Assembly (NCBI GenBank): GCA_965153355.1
Contig: OZ231126.1
Span: forward strand, 18,786,001-18,850,000
Reading direction: 5' to 3'
DNA length: 64,000 nucleotides
Origin: Flaccisagitta enflata
Lineage: Eukaryota
Every line of letters begins with the position of its first letter. Within the stretch, counting starts at the first letter, position 1. Shown in pieces: positions 41,793 through 57,055 of the stretch. The notes below the pieces were generated by a model that saw nothing but the letters and a program-made list of their open reading frames with translations, was not told the DNA's origin and made no database searches. A program made the position numbers and the translations under genes.

Positions 41793-43053
41793 CGGGAAGA
41801 ATGAAATGAAAGAGAAAGGAAGAGAGAAAGCGATGGAGTTGGAGGGAGAGACTTGCCAAAGGGAATGAAGACATTCGTCCGTCCCTCGAATTATTCAGTC
41901 GATCGATTTTGGAAAGAAATTTAACCGATTTGCCAAAATGTCTTTTATTCCTTTTGTTAATTATGATTATAGAATGAGAAAGTGAGGAAATGCCGTCTGG
42001 GGCTTCAGGGTTAACATTTTCATTTAATGATTTGGTTGGCTTTCTTTTACATCCAGCAATAGTTTTCAAAACTTGGAAGAACTTCAAGATTATGGACGGA
42101 GTTAGGGCAGTGACGGCGACAGCTACGGCGACGAGGAAGGTGACGGCGACGGCGACGGTGACAGCTACGGCGACGGTGACGGCCAGGGAGACTCAGGCGC
42201 ATAATGACGATATGCCGGTGACGACATGGGTGCTGGTGATGGCGCCTGGCGTGCAAGACGTGGATATGACGTTGGTGTCAAAGGCGACAATGTTAGCAAA
42301 TATGCCGGTGATGGAGACCAAGGCCTCAGATGATTATGTGTCGGTGACGACAAGAGTGCTGACGATGGGGTCTGGGTGCAAGACGGGTATCAAAGGTAAC
42401 AATGGTGACCGAGGCGCTAGATGGCGATATGGCGGCAAGGATGGCTACAATGGTGCATGGTGTCGCCAATGGCGAAATACATGACCGGGATATGATGACG
42501 TCAACGGTGACGATGCAGACTGAACTGAACTGAAGCGCCAGATGGCGATGTGAGTTTATGACGGCTTCACGGCGACCAAAACTGCGATGGCGAAGGAAAT
42601 TGACGGAGATAGAGAATTAGAGACGGACCAGACACGCGGCGGACAAACTTCACATTTCACGCATTGATGACTTTTTTTGATTGCGCAATTTCTTTGACCT
42701 TGCTGAACAAAAGCTGGCGCTAAGTAGTTTTATCAAAGTCAAAAGTTTCAATCAGAGTTTCAACTTTTATCAATTTTTAAAAGACTCCCTTCTCTCTTTT
42801 CGTCTCTCTCTCCATTTAATTACGTTAAATTCTATAAATGCTTTTGATTATTCTGATTTTCCATTAGGGTTGAGATTCAAGGACTCTTAACCGAGTTTTT
42901 TTCTTGATAAATGTACATGAGAAATCTCGAGATCTCGAAAATGAATTTGGTCGAGTGTCAACCAACAAAAAGTGGATGATAATGATCTATCATCCACGCT
43001 GAAAAACCCTCACCTTTGATTCTTCCATGACTGGTTTTGTAAACGCCGAGGCA

Positions 43054-43170
43054 GAAGGTGAGGGTTGAGGCAGGCAAATGAAAGAAGGTGAAGTTTGAAG
43101 AAGGCAAATGAAAGAAGGTGAGGGTTGAGGATGGCAAATGAAAGAAGGTGAGGGTTGAGGCAGGCAAATA
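43054..43170. repeat. 30-bp minisatellite, ~4 copies
   Basis: Unit AGAAGGTGAGGGTTGAGGCAGGCAAATGAA. Confidence 0.9.
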
Positions 43171-43408
43171 CTAGTAGGCGAGGCTGGCAAATGGTGATGT
43201 TTGGGTGAACGGAATCATGGATAAAAAGGTTTAACGACCATATGTCATGATACGAACAGGTACATAGGCGTATACGTATGCGGCCGAGAAACGCGGGCTG
43301 GTTGACTGTTGACACACGCATACATTCAAACAGATACTGAGACACACACGCGCGCACGCACGCACACACGCGCGCACACACGCGCGCACACACGCGCGCA
43401 CGCACGCA

Positions 43409-43594
<186 letters not shown>

Positions 43595-43943
43595 TTCGCA
43601 CACACACACACACACACACACTCTCAAAACACACACACATTCGCACAGACTCAAACAGACAAAAACAGACATGAATTGGGGAATGTTTTCCAAAACCGAC
43701 AAGTGAAGTTTGAATTTGTTAAAATTCACACAAAACAGAATCTTAAGAGAGAGAAAGAGTTCAAAGAGAGAGAGAAAAAGAGAAAGGGAGAGGATTAAGC
43801 CTAAAACCAAAATTCGGGGAGAAAAACAAACATTTAAAGATCTCTAGGAGTCGTTCCCATGTCACTGCCTTTATCTTGTTAACTTCACTCTCTTTTTATT
43901 TTCAACTGCTTAGTCCAGAAACTGATCCAAAGCAGAGACAGAC

Positions 43944-44014
<71 letters not shown>

Positions 44015-45182
44015 TTGATATTGGCTAAGGAAAGAAGAAAACAACACAGATGAAAGAAAGAAAGGAAAAGAGAGAGGGATCGATAGACAGAGATGGAAAG
44101 AGAAACAACTTAGAATGGTTAGCAAGAAAGAAAAAAAGAAAGGAAGAAAAAGAAAGAAAGAAAGAAAGAGAAAAAGAAATGAAGGGAGAAAAAGAAAAAG
44201 AAAGGAGACATATGATAAAAAAGACAGAGGGAAAAGAAAAACAAAGCGCGAAGCGAAGGAAAGAAAAATACAAACAGTCCAGGGAGAGAAAGAGAAAGAG
44301 GGAGAGAGAGAGTGACAGGAAGTACTAAAACGGTAGAGTAGGCCCATTCAATGTGTCTGTCAAATGTCACTTTTTCCTCTTTCCAGTTTCTCTTTCGCTT
44401 TTACCATTTCATTTCGTTGGCGTCTGAAACTCTTGCCAAAGCAGAAATACTTTTTGTTACAACCATACTACAGTGACAAGGCCGGATGCACAGCTACTTA
44501 TGTCGCCTGGCGGTGGGCAGGAGCGGCGATAAAGATGAAAGCCATTAAGGCATATGAGCGGGGGTGCTAAACGCCGGGAAAATACAAGTCAGTTTTAAAG
44601 TGCGACGAAACGACCAAAGGTCCAATAAACTCAATGCGAGAATAAACACTGTGATATCTCTTATTTTTCTACTTTGCGTCTTCAAAGTTTAGTCGGGTAG
44701 AAACCGTTACATTGATCAGCATCAATGTTTTAGAAGTAGCCAATCAGATGTGATTCGAGTTTATTGGATGGTCTGTTGTTCACCGTCTCTTTACAAAAAG
44801 AGCCTCGTTTTAATTTGATGTTACAATCACATCCCGCTATAGCGGATTCAAGAGTAACAGATATTTGTCTATATCGGATGAGAAATCTTGGCCCCTACAT
44901 AATATTTCTTTCATTGGCAATAATGGAAATCCACTGATGATAGATATAATTTATTTGTCTATTGGCATCTGTTATTGCGGAGTTCAACTGTACGTATTTT
45001 CTTATTCTTTTTGTGTATCGTACGGGTACTACCACAAACGAATGACGGTGATGACGGCAGAGCCTGCAGAGGTGACTGCAGTGGCGGCGGTGACGAATGC
45101 GGCGGTTGCGGAGGTGGCAGCAGTGTGGTTGTAAGAGTAAGGTACAAAAGTTCATTCGAGGGTTCACCTCTTCAATGTGAAA

Positions 45183-45275
<93 letters not shown>

Positions 45276-45354
45276 ACGACTCTTTAGATAACACCCCGCC
45301 TTTTACCACTCACGGAGATTATCTCACATTCTCTCTAAAATCCAAACAAGAGTG

Positions 45355-45450
<96 letters not shown>

Positions 45451-47532
45451 TTGAACTGAAAAGATCAATTTTGCGCTAATTTGAGTAATTGCGTCTTCTA
45501 TTGTATCATGTAGATCATGTTTGCGCTGAGTTCACACGAACGCCTGCTTTTGACGTCAAAGATTCTTCTGTGTGTGTGTGTATGTAGGCGGTTATGGTTA
45601 AAAAAGAGAACTTTAGTTTAAATTCGTCATTACGTTTGAAAAGTGCGTGGCAGTGTTCTCAGGTTTATTCAACAGTAATTGGCAAAAGTATTCAGGAACA
45701 ACTGCGTTCAACCGGCCTTGTTGCATCAAGTAGTGTTAGATGTAGAAGAAAGTCCGGTCCCTATGATTTCAATAATGCTTTTGCATCTACTGTAAAACCC
45801 GCTCTAACGGATCTGTCACAGACGGAATTATGTTATGGCCCATATAGGAAATAAAATGTAACAAGTTGAAGGTACTATCGATTAAAATTGCATCCATTAT
45901 AAGCAAAATTCAGTTAAAGGCGTGTGCGTTAGTGCGGGGTGTAAATGTGTTTCTTCTGATGATAACTAAAAAGAGGGACAATCATTTCATGAGCCATAAG
46001 ATCCGGGAACAAGCCGAGCCAATTGCCGAACAACGGTAAAAAATGAGCAATAAAATTTTCCAGATTCGTTTGACGCAATTTTGACCACCTTCTCCTTCAA
46101 CAGGATATGATCTTGCTCGTTTGCTACAGGATAAGTATTTCTGTCTGCTGAACTGTGCAAAACGGGATCGATGGTTGCCTGTAAAAAGCAACAAAATTGC
46201 AAGTGCAATTGCAATGTGATTTCTTAGAGGATTATCATTCTCATGGCATAACTGACGTAAATAAGGGCCCGCATGCAGGTGTGTTGAACATCAGTTGTTT
46301 AGCCCCCCCCCTTTTAAAAAACCCAAATAATTGAGTTGATATATTCTTTTGATCAGAGAGTGGTGAGAACCAACCGTCAATCCAACGGATGACGCATCAA
46401 ATCTCGTTTATGGTCGTGGCACAAATTTCCAGCTACAAGAAAGTAGGTTAGATTTGATGGGTTTTATTCCATTTGACAGCCAGATGTTGCGATAAACATT
46501 CGCTCGGCAAAACCGGGGACAGGAATCGAGAACATATAGGATTTTCAGGGTTCGTTCGTCGGATGCGATCAGCAGCAAATGACGGTTAGTCGGTCTGTCT
46601 GATTTGATGTTTATTGATGGGATTTTTCGCACACAGTTTTTCATGACTGAAAAAAAAACTGTGCACAAGACACTTTTAAAACAGAACTATCTTTTTAGCG
46701 CTTCTGTCACTTGCACACGTAACAGGGCTGCAATGACCTTGTTTTTTGTCGCTTGCTAAGCGACTCTATAAGAGCCGAAGGAAGGAAGGAAGATCCGTAA
46801 CGCAAAATTGTTGATGATAAAAAATTGCTCGAAAACTTCTGAGCATCTCAGTCCCTGCCCACCCAAAATAAAGCCCCTGCCCACCCAAAATAAAGCCACT
46901 ACCCACCCGCATGACTACCCCTGCCCATCAGTAAACTGCCCCTGCCCACCAGCAAGCGACTGCTTATTGGCCGTCTATCCGGCCTTGTTTTTTTTTCTTC
47001 GTTCCGTTGCGGCTTGAAACGATTACAATCTGTCACCAACAATCATCCCTGAACCTTAATCCTATATCCGTGGAAAAATAATAATTCGATCGCCAAATCA
47101 AACCTTCCTCCATGATGCCTACTGGTGCGCACGTGTATACGTTGGGTAAGTAGAGTTAGTTGGGAAGTTAGTTTTTTAGAACGATTTAGCGAAAGGTCTT
47201 TGCAGCTTTGAATAAAGAGAGGAAGGAGAATTCGGAGTTCATTTTATGGTCATACAACACGCAAATTATCCCTTTTTTAGAAGAAAAAGAAAATAAGCGA
47301 GAGGGTTCCCAACTACGTGCAATTGCTAAAGCAAATATACAGTATACACACTATCAACATGTGGCATAGTAATACACAATATAACCATGAAATATTTAAA
47401 AGAAAACTTTTTACTGCTGATCAATCAAAGGGAAGCAACGATCTCCCATGAGGTACAACCTCTTACCCAGTTTTCCAATATATTGGGACGATCTCTGCAT
47501 GTCGTCAACGATAAGGCAACGGACCGAGTGTT

Positions 47533-47764
47533 GCTCTCAGTGCTCTCAATGCTCTCAGTGCTCTCAATACTCTCAGCGCTCTCAGTGTCTCAGCGCTCTC
47601 GATGCTCTCCTCTTTCTCAATGCTGTCAGTGCTCTCAATGCGCTCAATGCTCTCAATGCTCTCAGTGGCTCAGTGCTCTCAATGCTCTCCTCGCTCTCAA
47701 TGCTTTCCTCGCTCTCAATGCTCTCAGTGCTCTCAATGCCCTCAATTCTCTCCTCGCTCTCAAT
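47533..47764. repeat. 9-bp minisatellite (GCTCTCAAT)n
   Basis: About 25 degenerate units with occasional 1-nt deletions. Confidence 0.9.
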
Positions 47765-48068
47765 CCAGGTCAAATGCAATTTGTCGATTCTGAAAAATAT
47801 CACTTTTCTCCTCTCCGAATTTCATTAATGTTATCGGTTAGGACATCTTCTTTGACCTTCTTTATTGATATAATCCACTTCTTCTAGCTGCTTTTGATGA
47901 TGAAGAGAAATTCGCCCAACGACCGTGACACGCGCATTTCCTATACTAGCTCAGTATCCGTGTCTGTCGGTGTCTTTCTCGCTTTATGTCAGAAATTCTG
48001 TATGTGTTTTGTGTCTCAGTCTGTCTTTCTGTCTGTCTTTCCACAATAACTATTTGTCTCCTCGTCTA

Positions 48069-48137
<69 letters not shown>

Positions 48138-48182
48138 GTTTCTGTCTGTCTGTGTCTCTGTCTGTCTGTCTGTCTTTCTCTC

Positions 48183-48262
<80 letters not shown>

Positions 48263-48542
48263 CCTCTGACCTGCGTCGCTTAATTCGGCACGCGATCGCC
48301 CAAAAACAACAAACGAAAAATCGATGAGACGAACAAAATATTGGAAAACAAAATGGCTGATTGTAATTGTAAGAGCCAGCGCCAAAGGAGGGCAGAGCCA
48401 AAGGAGGCCTAAGTCTTAGGAATAAGAGAACAAGATAGAGATTTTTTTAATTAAACGCGTAGAAAGAGCGTTCTGTTCGCAGACGTAATAAATATTTACT
48501 CTTGTAGCACGTGTGCTTTCCGTGGCGATTGCCCCCCCCCTC

Positions 48543-48634
<92 letters not shown>

Positions 48635-48742
48635 CGCCAATTGGGTAAGGGTCTGTCCCGAAGTGTTAATTGAGACAAGGCACATTTTCTACGTTCTGCC
48701 ACACTTTTGGTTTCGAAAGTGGAAGATGTCCTTGAGTTCGTA

Positions 48743-49342
48743 CTACCTTGGAAATAAGTTTAGCATCAAAATGAATGTCAGTTCATCTATTGCCTATAAT
48801 GATGCAAAAACATGTTCAAACGGTTCTCAATACTTGGAATGGTGTCCCTCCTAGCTAATCACTACCTGCATTCATGCCAGCATCGATTTGTACAAGGCTT
48901 TTAGGTAAGATGGCGTGACTTGTCTCCACACCTTCAATGCTATTCTTTTCAGGCCCTCAATTGAAAAAGCGTGTTCCCGTCGCTGCATATTCTTCATCTG
49001 CGACAAAAGATTTCCTATCAGATTAAGATCCGGCAAATTGCCAGGCCAATCCGGGAGGAGTTTGGTGCTGGGAATTAGCTGTGAAGTCCCCAGGCTCCAA
49101 GCTGCGATACATCGGAGTAACATGTAAATGAACTGGTTTTTTTTTTTTGCAAAATCACACTTGAAGGTTTTTATGTTTTCCGCTGTAACTTTTTAAACGG
49201 CTTGAGCTAGTAATCTCTGATTGGTCTACATTGAAAGATAATTTGATGTAGATCATTTTAGTCATGGATTTTTTATGGATTTGTTGAGATTAAAGCAACT
49301 TTTGCTCGACAGAACTTGATGCTAAACTAATTTCCTAGGTAG
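48743..49342 (-). mobile_element. Internally deleted Tc1 transposon with transposase C-terminal remnant
   Basis: 27-bp TIR CTACCTTGGAAATAAGTTTAGCATCAA with TA TSDs. Minus-strand remnant at 49123-48827: WPGNLPDLNLIGNL...LKALYKSMLA*MQVVIS*EGHHSKY* (decayed WPxxSPDLNPIEN...TKY). Confidence 0.9.
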
Positions 49343-49643
49343 TATATACCTATGATTATGAATTTTCTTCTTTTATATTCCGTGTTAAAGGCACGTATCC
49401 CCAGTCCCTTGCCTAGTCAAGTAGCGTGTAAAATGTACGTCGATAACCATCCTTATCCTACCCAGCCTCCCGTGTTGTACTGGGGTCCGGCCTTATTCTC
49501 CTATCAGCAACGTTGTTCGATAAGCAGCAGACTTTGTTTAGATAAGGCAATGATAGTACGATAAGGAGTAAGAGAGGGAAGGATACGGATACAGAATGCT
49601 CTTTTTTTATCGACCGGAAGGCATCGGAATTGGGTTGCCAACA

Positions 49644-49739
<96 letters not shown>

Positions 49740-50010
49740 TCTCTCTCTCTCCTACTCTTATAGTTTGTGCCTCCCCCTCAAAATACAAAACGGTTAATCC
49801 TCTCATGAACCACTTCACATGAAAACTGCATGGGAGTCGTTAAAGCTCCCTTCAGAGCATGCTATTACCGAGCATTGACAAAAGAAAAAGAAGCTCATGA
49901 AAATTTTAGATCCATCCAGAACTGAGCTGAGCCCACTTTTTTCAAATTGTTTTCGTTGTTCGCCACAATCAAAGGCCTTGTAGCTGTTCCCATTCTCATA
50001 AATATTCTCA

Positions 50011-50070
<60 letters not shown>

Positions 50071-50826
50071 AGATGACACTATTTAGTACTATTTCAGCAC
50101 AATAAGTTAAAAACTGGGAAAGAATTGAGGGAATTTTATATTTATCACTATTTGTTTTGCAAGGGAAGGATAGGGGCTTGCTGAACAAAATTGTAAAAAA
50201 AAAGCTTTTTTCTGCTATTGGTGAAGATTGTACAGCTGTTACCCACAGTAACGGATGCCAAATAAACCCGAGAAATAATACTTGCCAGATTCCAATTTTT
50301 GCCAATATGAGAAATGAAGAGAAGTAAAGTGAAATAAAAAGAAATGTGGAAGGACCGATATTTCTTTTCTATTATAGGCAAATTCCAATCACTCTTTGGC
50401 CGTTGTAGCTGGGTGTCACTGTGTAAGCTAGGTGAATCTAATTCTTAATCACGACGGGCCGGGCAAGGCTGAAAATTCAGGCTGCGATCGAGGCTCCAAG
50501 AGTTAACGGAGGCGCACCATCTTCCAGTTAAGGTTTGAGGGGGCAACTCAATTTCAAAAAGTGAAAAAAAATCGTTTTGCAACCTAGATCTAATGCAATT
50601 TGGATTTGATCATTTTTGGGGACTCCATTAATGACTTCTTTCCTGGACAGAGAATTCCTTTCAATGCTAATTTGACTAATTCCCATTGAATGCTACTAAA
50701 CATCTGAGTACAGTGTGGTGGCGTGCAGGTAATGAAAATAGAGCTATAGAGTTCTTTGAGGCAGGATTTGACCAATTTTGAATCAGGGTTCTGTTAAAAG
50801 CATGTCATCTGTATCAAAGACTAGTG

Positions 50827-51139
50827 TTGTTGTTGTTGTTGTTGTAGCCCAGGGAATCACTGGGGTGAATATTGAGCGCAGTTTGAAGGCTTCTGATGAA
50901 GGCCAATCGACCCACCGGCCACCACATGGGCGGCGCTACCGGGTCATTTGGTGTCAGATTCCACATCATGATGTCCTATGGCCTACCCTCCCCACTAGCT
51001 AGCTCTTACCCATCACTTGTTCCCAACCAATGAGCGAATCCTTCAACCTTCGCCGAAGAGACTCGCTCACTCCGGGAACCGAACCCGTGACCCAGAGGAT
51101 CACTGACCCGCGTGCTACCACTGAGCTAAGTCCCCCCCC
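50827..51139 (-). mobile_element. tRNA-derived SINE, second family
   Basis: Minus strand GGGGGGACTTAGCTCAGTGGTAG (A box), GGTTCGGTTCC (B box) and (AAC)n tail. 9-bp TSD AGACTAGTG at 50818-50826 and 51140-51148. Confidence 0.9.
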
Positions 51140-52547
51140 AGACTAGTGATGCATGCAGCTAGGGTTTTTAAAATGAGGAAGAAAAAAGTGTTTGGGGGCG
51201 TGATTCAGGGTCTTTTCTATCATTGACTTGAATACATGCCTGTATATGATTGTGAAATCAAAGGGTTTGGAGATGGGGAAGGAAATCATGGGGGAGGGGG
51301 GAAGAGAAAAAAAAATTGGGGGATGTATAACTTTTGGCAGTACGAAATCATAAATACTGATTTGTAAAACACAATTTAATACTATTTAAACTTTAACTAC
51401 ACTGTTTCACTGCCTTATGGGGAGAAAAATCATAGTTTTTGATTTTGGGGAAGAGAATCAAAGGCAGGAGGGGGAAATAATCAATTCAACTGAATTATAT
51501 ACACCCCTGCTTGAATACAAGTACAATCTGGAAAATCATAAAACATTGGAATATTACCACTCTCCAGAGTTCCGGTAAAAATCTATCGCGGCGTGCCATA
51601 GCGCAGAAACAAGGCAAGGATACACGGACAGTCGCGGACGGTTGGGCAGGGGTGGTAATGCAAAAACCGCTTCAAATTCAAAAATGTTACGGGACGGACC
51701 GACGGACCGACCGACACGGCAAGAGGTAGAGTTGCATGTCCGCAACTAAAAAAGAGTACTTTGAGGTGGGGTTTTCTCTGTTTCAAGATTCTCTGACAGC
51801 TTGTCATCATCATGGGAATACAGTGTGGCGGCGCGCGAGTGAATGAGGAAAGAGAAAGTCCTTTGAGGCAGGATTTGACCAGTTTCAGAGTTCCATTAAA
51901 GGCTTAAAGCTTTGCCCTAAGAAGGATTATTTTCTTGCGCTTCGATTTCGTTTCCGCGGGTTTTGTCTCCAATTTCGTCTTTGAAGAAATAAAACAACTA
52001 CTGAGATTCTTCCTTACGGGACATACTTCAAGACGTTTGTGAGTCTCTATCAGTATCTAGTAGGTCCGTCTGTTGGTTGCAACGGTCCATCTACACTCTT
52101 TTTTTTTATAAGAACCTAGTTTATAAGAACATCAAGCCTTCAAAATGCCCTAGAATTCAGAATAATGTAGTTATTTTGTTAGTAGCTAACTCTATCTCTT
52201 TTGAAGGCTTCAAAAAAAAATGATGTTCTTATAAAAAAAGAGTGTTTCTAAAGTAGTATTCAGGCGAGGGCTACCGAGAACCTACTCAATTTGAGGCTTT
52301 TTAAAAGTGTGTGACTGAATGTGTGTGTAACTGCGTGTGTCAGTCCGATTTGCAAGATATCTAGGTCCCTGAACTATTGAACGGACGCAACTAGATGTAG
52401 TGTATATAGAGCAGTAGTGAAACCAACAGTAAATAATGCAAGAGAGCCCGGTCATTATCACCCCAACTTTTGCTCTTTTTCCCCTTTTCTCATCTTTTAA
52501 GACGGCCCGCGGGGACTCTCTTTTGTTCCATATCAATTCTTCCAATC

Positions 52548-52606
<59 letters not shown>

Positions 52607-52898
52607 TTGTCCTTTCTTCACGCATCCACGTTGCCGCTCTCTTTCGCCGCCGTTTTTCGTATCCTGTTGTTCTACTTTCTCCTCCAAACCCAAAGTCGCC
52701 CTGCAGTCATGACCCCGTGTGACGGTCGTTCGACGCCCATTACACTCATTCAGATTCACTGCATTTCCATCAATGAATTTCCCCTCTTTTTCCGCTTGAA
52801 TGATGCTTCAGTATCGCTGTCTTGGTCGCCACGTTTGTTCATCGTATCGCCGCGCCGTATCGGCTTTGATTAGCCGCTTCACTTTTGCTTCAGTCTCA

Positions 52899-52950
<52 letters not shown>

Positions 52951-53689
52951 CTCCCCACGATGACCTCCTCCTTTCTTTTTTCCTTGACCCTCATTTCTTT
53001 CCTCCATTTCCTCTTTTCTTCCTCCTTTCCTTTATCACTTTGCCTCTGAGTCTCCTTTTCATGCTCAAACCTTCTTCCCCTTCGGACAAGCTCCTTCGTC
53101 CTTGCAACATTGCGCCTTCCCCCTTGACAATTTCCCCTTGTCCCTGACCTTCTCCCTACTTTTCCTTTCTGCCCAATGACTCTTTTTTTAGGAATAAAAT
53201 CTATCACAATCCATACTTGTAAACCAGAGAGTTTTTCTAGTTGAATGTATTTTCTTACCTTTACAGTTTACACCTTTCCTTCTATTTTCCCAGTACTCTT
53301 CCACTTATCATTCCCCTCCATTGCATTCCTTCGTCTGTCGTAGTACATCACTCTCTTACTTAGTCGACGTTCGCTACCGGCTTGAACTCAGAGACGGGAG
53401 AGAAAGAGAATGACGAGACACACACAATCGCATTTCATGTACACCACCGCCACTACCGGCGCGGCGCGGCGGCTCTTCTGTTGCGACCCGCGTTGCATTT
53501 TTAGGATGCGCGGCTTTTTGAGCTGCTAACTGAGATGAACGCGTGTGCGAGTTCCGAGGATGTGCGCGGTGCGGGATTTTTGTGAGCATGCTCGATGCCG
53601 CCGATACGTGGGCGTTGTTCCGCCTCTTTTAGCGGCAATGACGGCCGCGTTTATATGAGCCCTTGGCGCCGGTTGGAAGCGTCGAAGCC

Positions 53690-53850
53690 GGCTTTGCCGA
53701 CAGTGGTTTGGCGTCGACTTTGGCGTCGGCTTTGGCGTCGGCAGTACACAGTCTTGATGTACATCGAAGCGTCGGCTTTGCAGTCGGCATTGCAATCGAG
53801 TCGGCTTTGGCGTTGGCTTTGGCGTCGGCATTCAGGCTTTTGGCGCCGGC
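53690..53850. repeat. 12-bp GC-rich degenerate repeat (GCTTTGGCGTCG)n
   Basis: Repeated unit adjacent to a CpG-rich island at ~53370-53660. Confidence 0.7.
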
Positions 53851-53916
53851 GCCCAAAATCGCCTCTGGGTCTAAAATGGCATTTGCATTACCGCCAGAAT
53901 GACGGTTGAAACGAGC

Positions 53917-54005
<89 letters not shown>

Positions 54006-54301
54006 GAAAGACCGACAAACATCGACAGACAGATTGGCAGCTAGAAAGAATAAGAGGGGAAAGACGGATAAAAAGACAGACAGATAAAATAACAACGTCT
54101 GATACACGGCTACCCCAGTCGCGTGCAAGAGGTCACTTGATCATTTGGACAGGAGTAGCGAGGCCAAAGACCGCAGAAAAAAAAATAGTAAAGTGCAACG
54201 GACGAACCAACGGACGGGCCGACAAAGTAAATGTAGAGCCGCGTAGCACGCGACTAAAAAGAGCAAAAGATTTGTAAATCAATAAATTGAAAAAAGACAT
54301 A

Positions 54302-54337
<36 letters not shown>

Positions 54338-54397
54338 GAGAAAGAAAGAAATAAAGACAGAAAGAAAGAAAGAAAGAAAAAAAGAAAAAAAGAAAAA

Positions 54398-54575
<178 letters not shown>

Positions 54576-54904
54576 AAATAATCTGAAGAGAGTCAGATAA
54601 CCAGTCAGAGACAGACAAAGTAAGAGAAAGAAAGAATGCAATAAACCAGACACAATTACCATGCATGACCACAAAACATTTACGAGAGGAGTACAGAGCC
54701 GGTGGAGCCGATGGCGCCGGTACGCATACGCGCGATCCTAAGCCGATTTCTGAGAGCCGCTTCATTGTATTTCTTCTCCGGGCTTCCAAAATAGAAACAA
54801 GACAATTCAATGAAAGAGAGGGATCCAGAAAATCATGCATGCCAGATCTGGCGTGTGCATACGGTCGCGTCTAGAGGGAGGGGACTCAAGACAGGGCGTG
54901 GAAT

Positions 54905-55001
<97 letters not shown>

Positions 55002-55773
55002 GAAGAAGAAACCGCAAGAGCTGCGATTCCAATTAATGTCGCTGAGATTGCTTACATTGCGCAGAGCACACGCTATCCAGTATGCACAACTTTACAGCTT
55101 CTCAGTTAGTAGACATACTGATGTTATGGGGTCTTACTTAAGAAAACAAACCAAAAAACCTTTAGATCTCTTTAAGAAAATTGTTATTTTTTCAAGACCA
55201 GTTATCAACAAGAAATGGAGGGCTACAATGTTGTGTCGGATAGGTGGGCGGGGGCATAAAACCGCAGTATCTTAATTCATGAAAAATGCATGACTTTTTA
55301 TTTTGATCATCTCAAGCCTACAGACAGATCCATCAACTCAACCGGTAAATATTTCATCATCATGCTCTCAAAAACTGTTCATATTAAGTTTTCAACTAGT
55401 TTTTAAAATTTTTACACTTAAGCTGAGCTATATGACACCAGCATTGTTTTGTCCACCGACTGTACAAAATTACAGCAAAGCGACGATCATCTTGAAAATA
55501 GGCCAAGGGCAGAATCGTGTCATACATTCTAGGTCTCTTCTTTATTTCTCTCGCTTTCTGTATGAACGCCTCCCCCGGGGCCCGATTTGCTATCTCCGCC
55601 TTCGTGTACAATGATAAGACATGACGTACGCTCGCATATGAATATCGTGTGTCGTAGAGTATCCTACGAAATACCCAAAGACCCAGATCCAAACGAACCA
55701 AGTCATGTACATATGCCCTACAAAATCGTGCATGGGTAGTGACCCATATTTTTTCTTCTCATACCTCAGGGGC

Positions 55774-55934
<161 letters not shown>

Positions 55935-56024
55935 GAGAGAGTCACAAAGGAAGAACCAAACTGACTGACTGAGATAAAAAGACGAAATTCGAGAATGAGA
56001 GCTAGTAAGATACATAGAATGGGT

Positions 56025-56175
56025 TTTGTCTTAAAAATCTGTTTTGTAATATCTCTGTTGAACCAGTCCTGAATAATTTGGCTTCGACAGCGTGACTGTC
56101 GGCCTCTCATCTTCCCCTGAAACTTCCCGATCAGTAGTTGGAGATTGACACATTTTGCTTGGTCAGCTATCAATT
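56025..56175 (-). pseudogene. Possible RTE-clade LINE C-terminal remnant
   Basis: LQLLIGKFQGKMRGRQSRCRSQIIQDWFNRDITKQIFK resembles the RTE ORF C-terminus (LQLIIxGKIxGKRxRGR...W...I..W). Resemblance judged by eye only. Confidence 0.35.
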
Positions 56176-56529
56176 ATCAGCCCTCAATTACTAAGCTATG
56201 ACGCCATTTCCCTATCACCCGCTGCAAAAGACGTTGAGGCATGTGACAATGCCAACGCCTTCTATCTTACTTCCGTTTTGAGCACTTGTGCCCAATTGCC
56301 TATGCTATTGAATTTTTGAATCATCCTTCTCCTCTTCTCTTGCAGATTTATTTTACGGTTGTGCTTCGTGATGGCTGGGCGTAGACTTCCGGTGTACGTT
56401 GTCATGGTGGCGTCATTAGTTCGCCTTGTCCACCGATATGCTCGTGAAAATACCACTGATGCCCTTCCAGGTAGGATGTAGCGGTTTGTGCTGGCTAACT
56501 TAATGCCTCGTCTCAGTCTTGGGACTTTA

Positions 56530-57055
56530 CAGTCAGCGGACAAAACACAATAGGTATATATATCACTCCGTTGATTTTGATCCAACCCACTGATGTTGAA
56601 CAGAATGCTGTAAACAACATCTGGTTGTTGAAATTACAGCCGGCTGTTAAGTTACAAAGTAGGCAAAAATCCAACTTTCACCAAATAGATTGAGACATGC
56701 AGATTCATAATTCTGATGAATTTCTGAGAAATTTGATATGTCACACTTAACACTTTTTGTAAGAAATAATTTTTTAAACATTGCATTATAATTAAATTAA
56801 ACATTAATAAAAATTTTATTTCTATATAAAAATATATGTTGTGACATATCAAACTTCTCAGAATTTCATCAGGATTATGAATCTGCAGGTCTCATTCGAT
56901 TTGGTGAAAGTTGGATTTTTGCCAACTTTGTAACTTAACAGCCGGCTGTAATTTCAACAACCAGTTGTTATTTTCAGCATTTTGTTCAATTTCAGTGGGT
57001 TGAATCAAAACCAACGGAGTGATATATATACCTATTGTGTTTTGTCCGCTGACTG
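56530..57055. mobile_element. Foldback MITE, ~215-bp inverted arms, Tc1/mariner-like CAGT end
   Basis: CAGTCAGCGGACAAAACACAATAGG ... CCTATTGTGTTTTGTCCGCTGACTG, with an AT-rich ~95-bp spacer. Confidence 0.9.

Noticed and set aside
41990..42484. 164-aa ORF (VTATATAT...)
   Set aside because: Degenerate (GACGGC/GGTGAC)n low-complexity sequence. No domain or splice support.
47467..47790. Possible minus-strand exon spanning the 9-bp repeat (IESEES...)
   Set aside because: Single-base deletions in the repeat shift the frame into repeated TGA stops.
50893..50925. CTGATGA hammerhead-like box inside SINE 2
   Set aside because: No downstream GAAA box after the hairpin, and it is antisense to the SINE.
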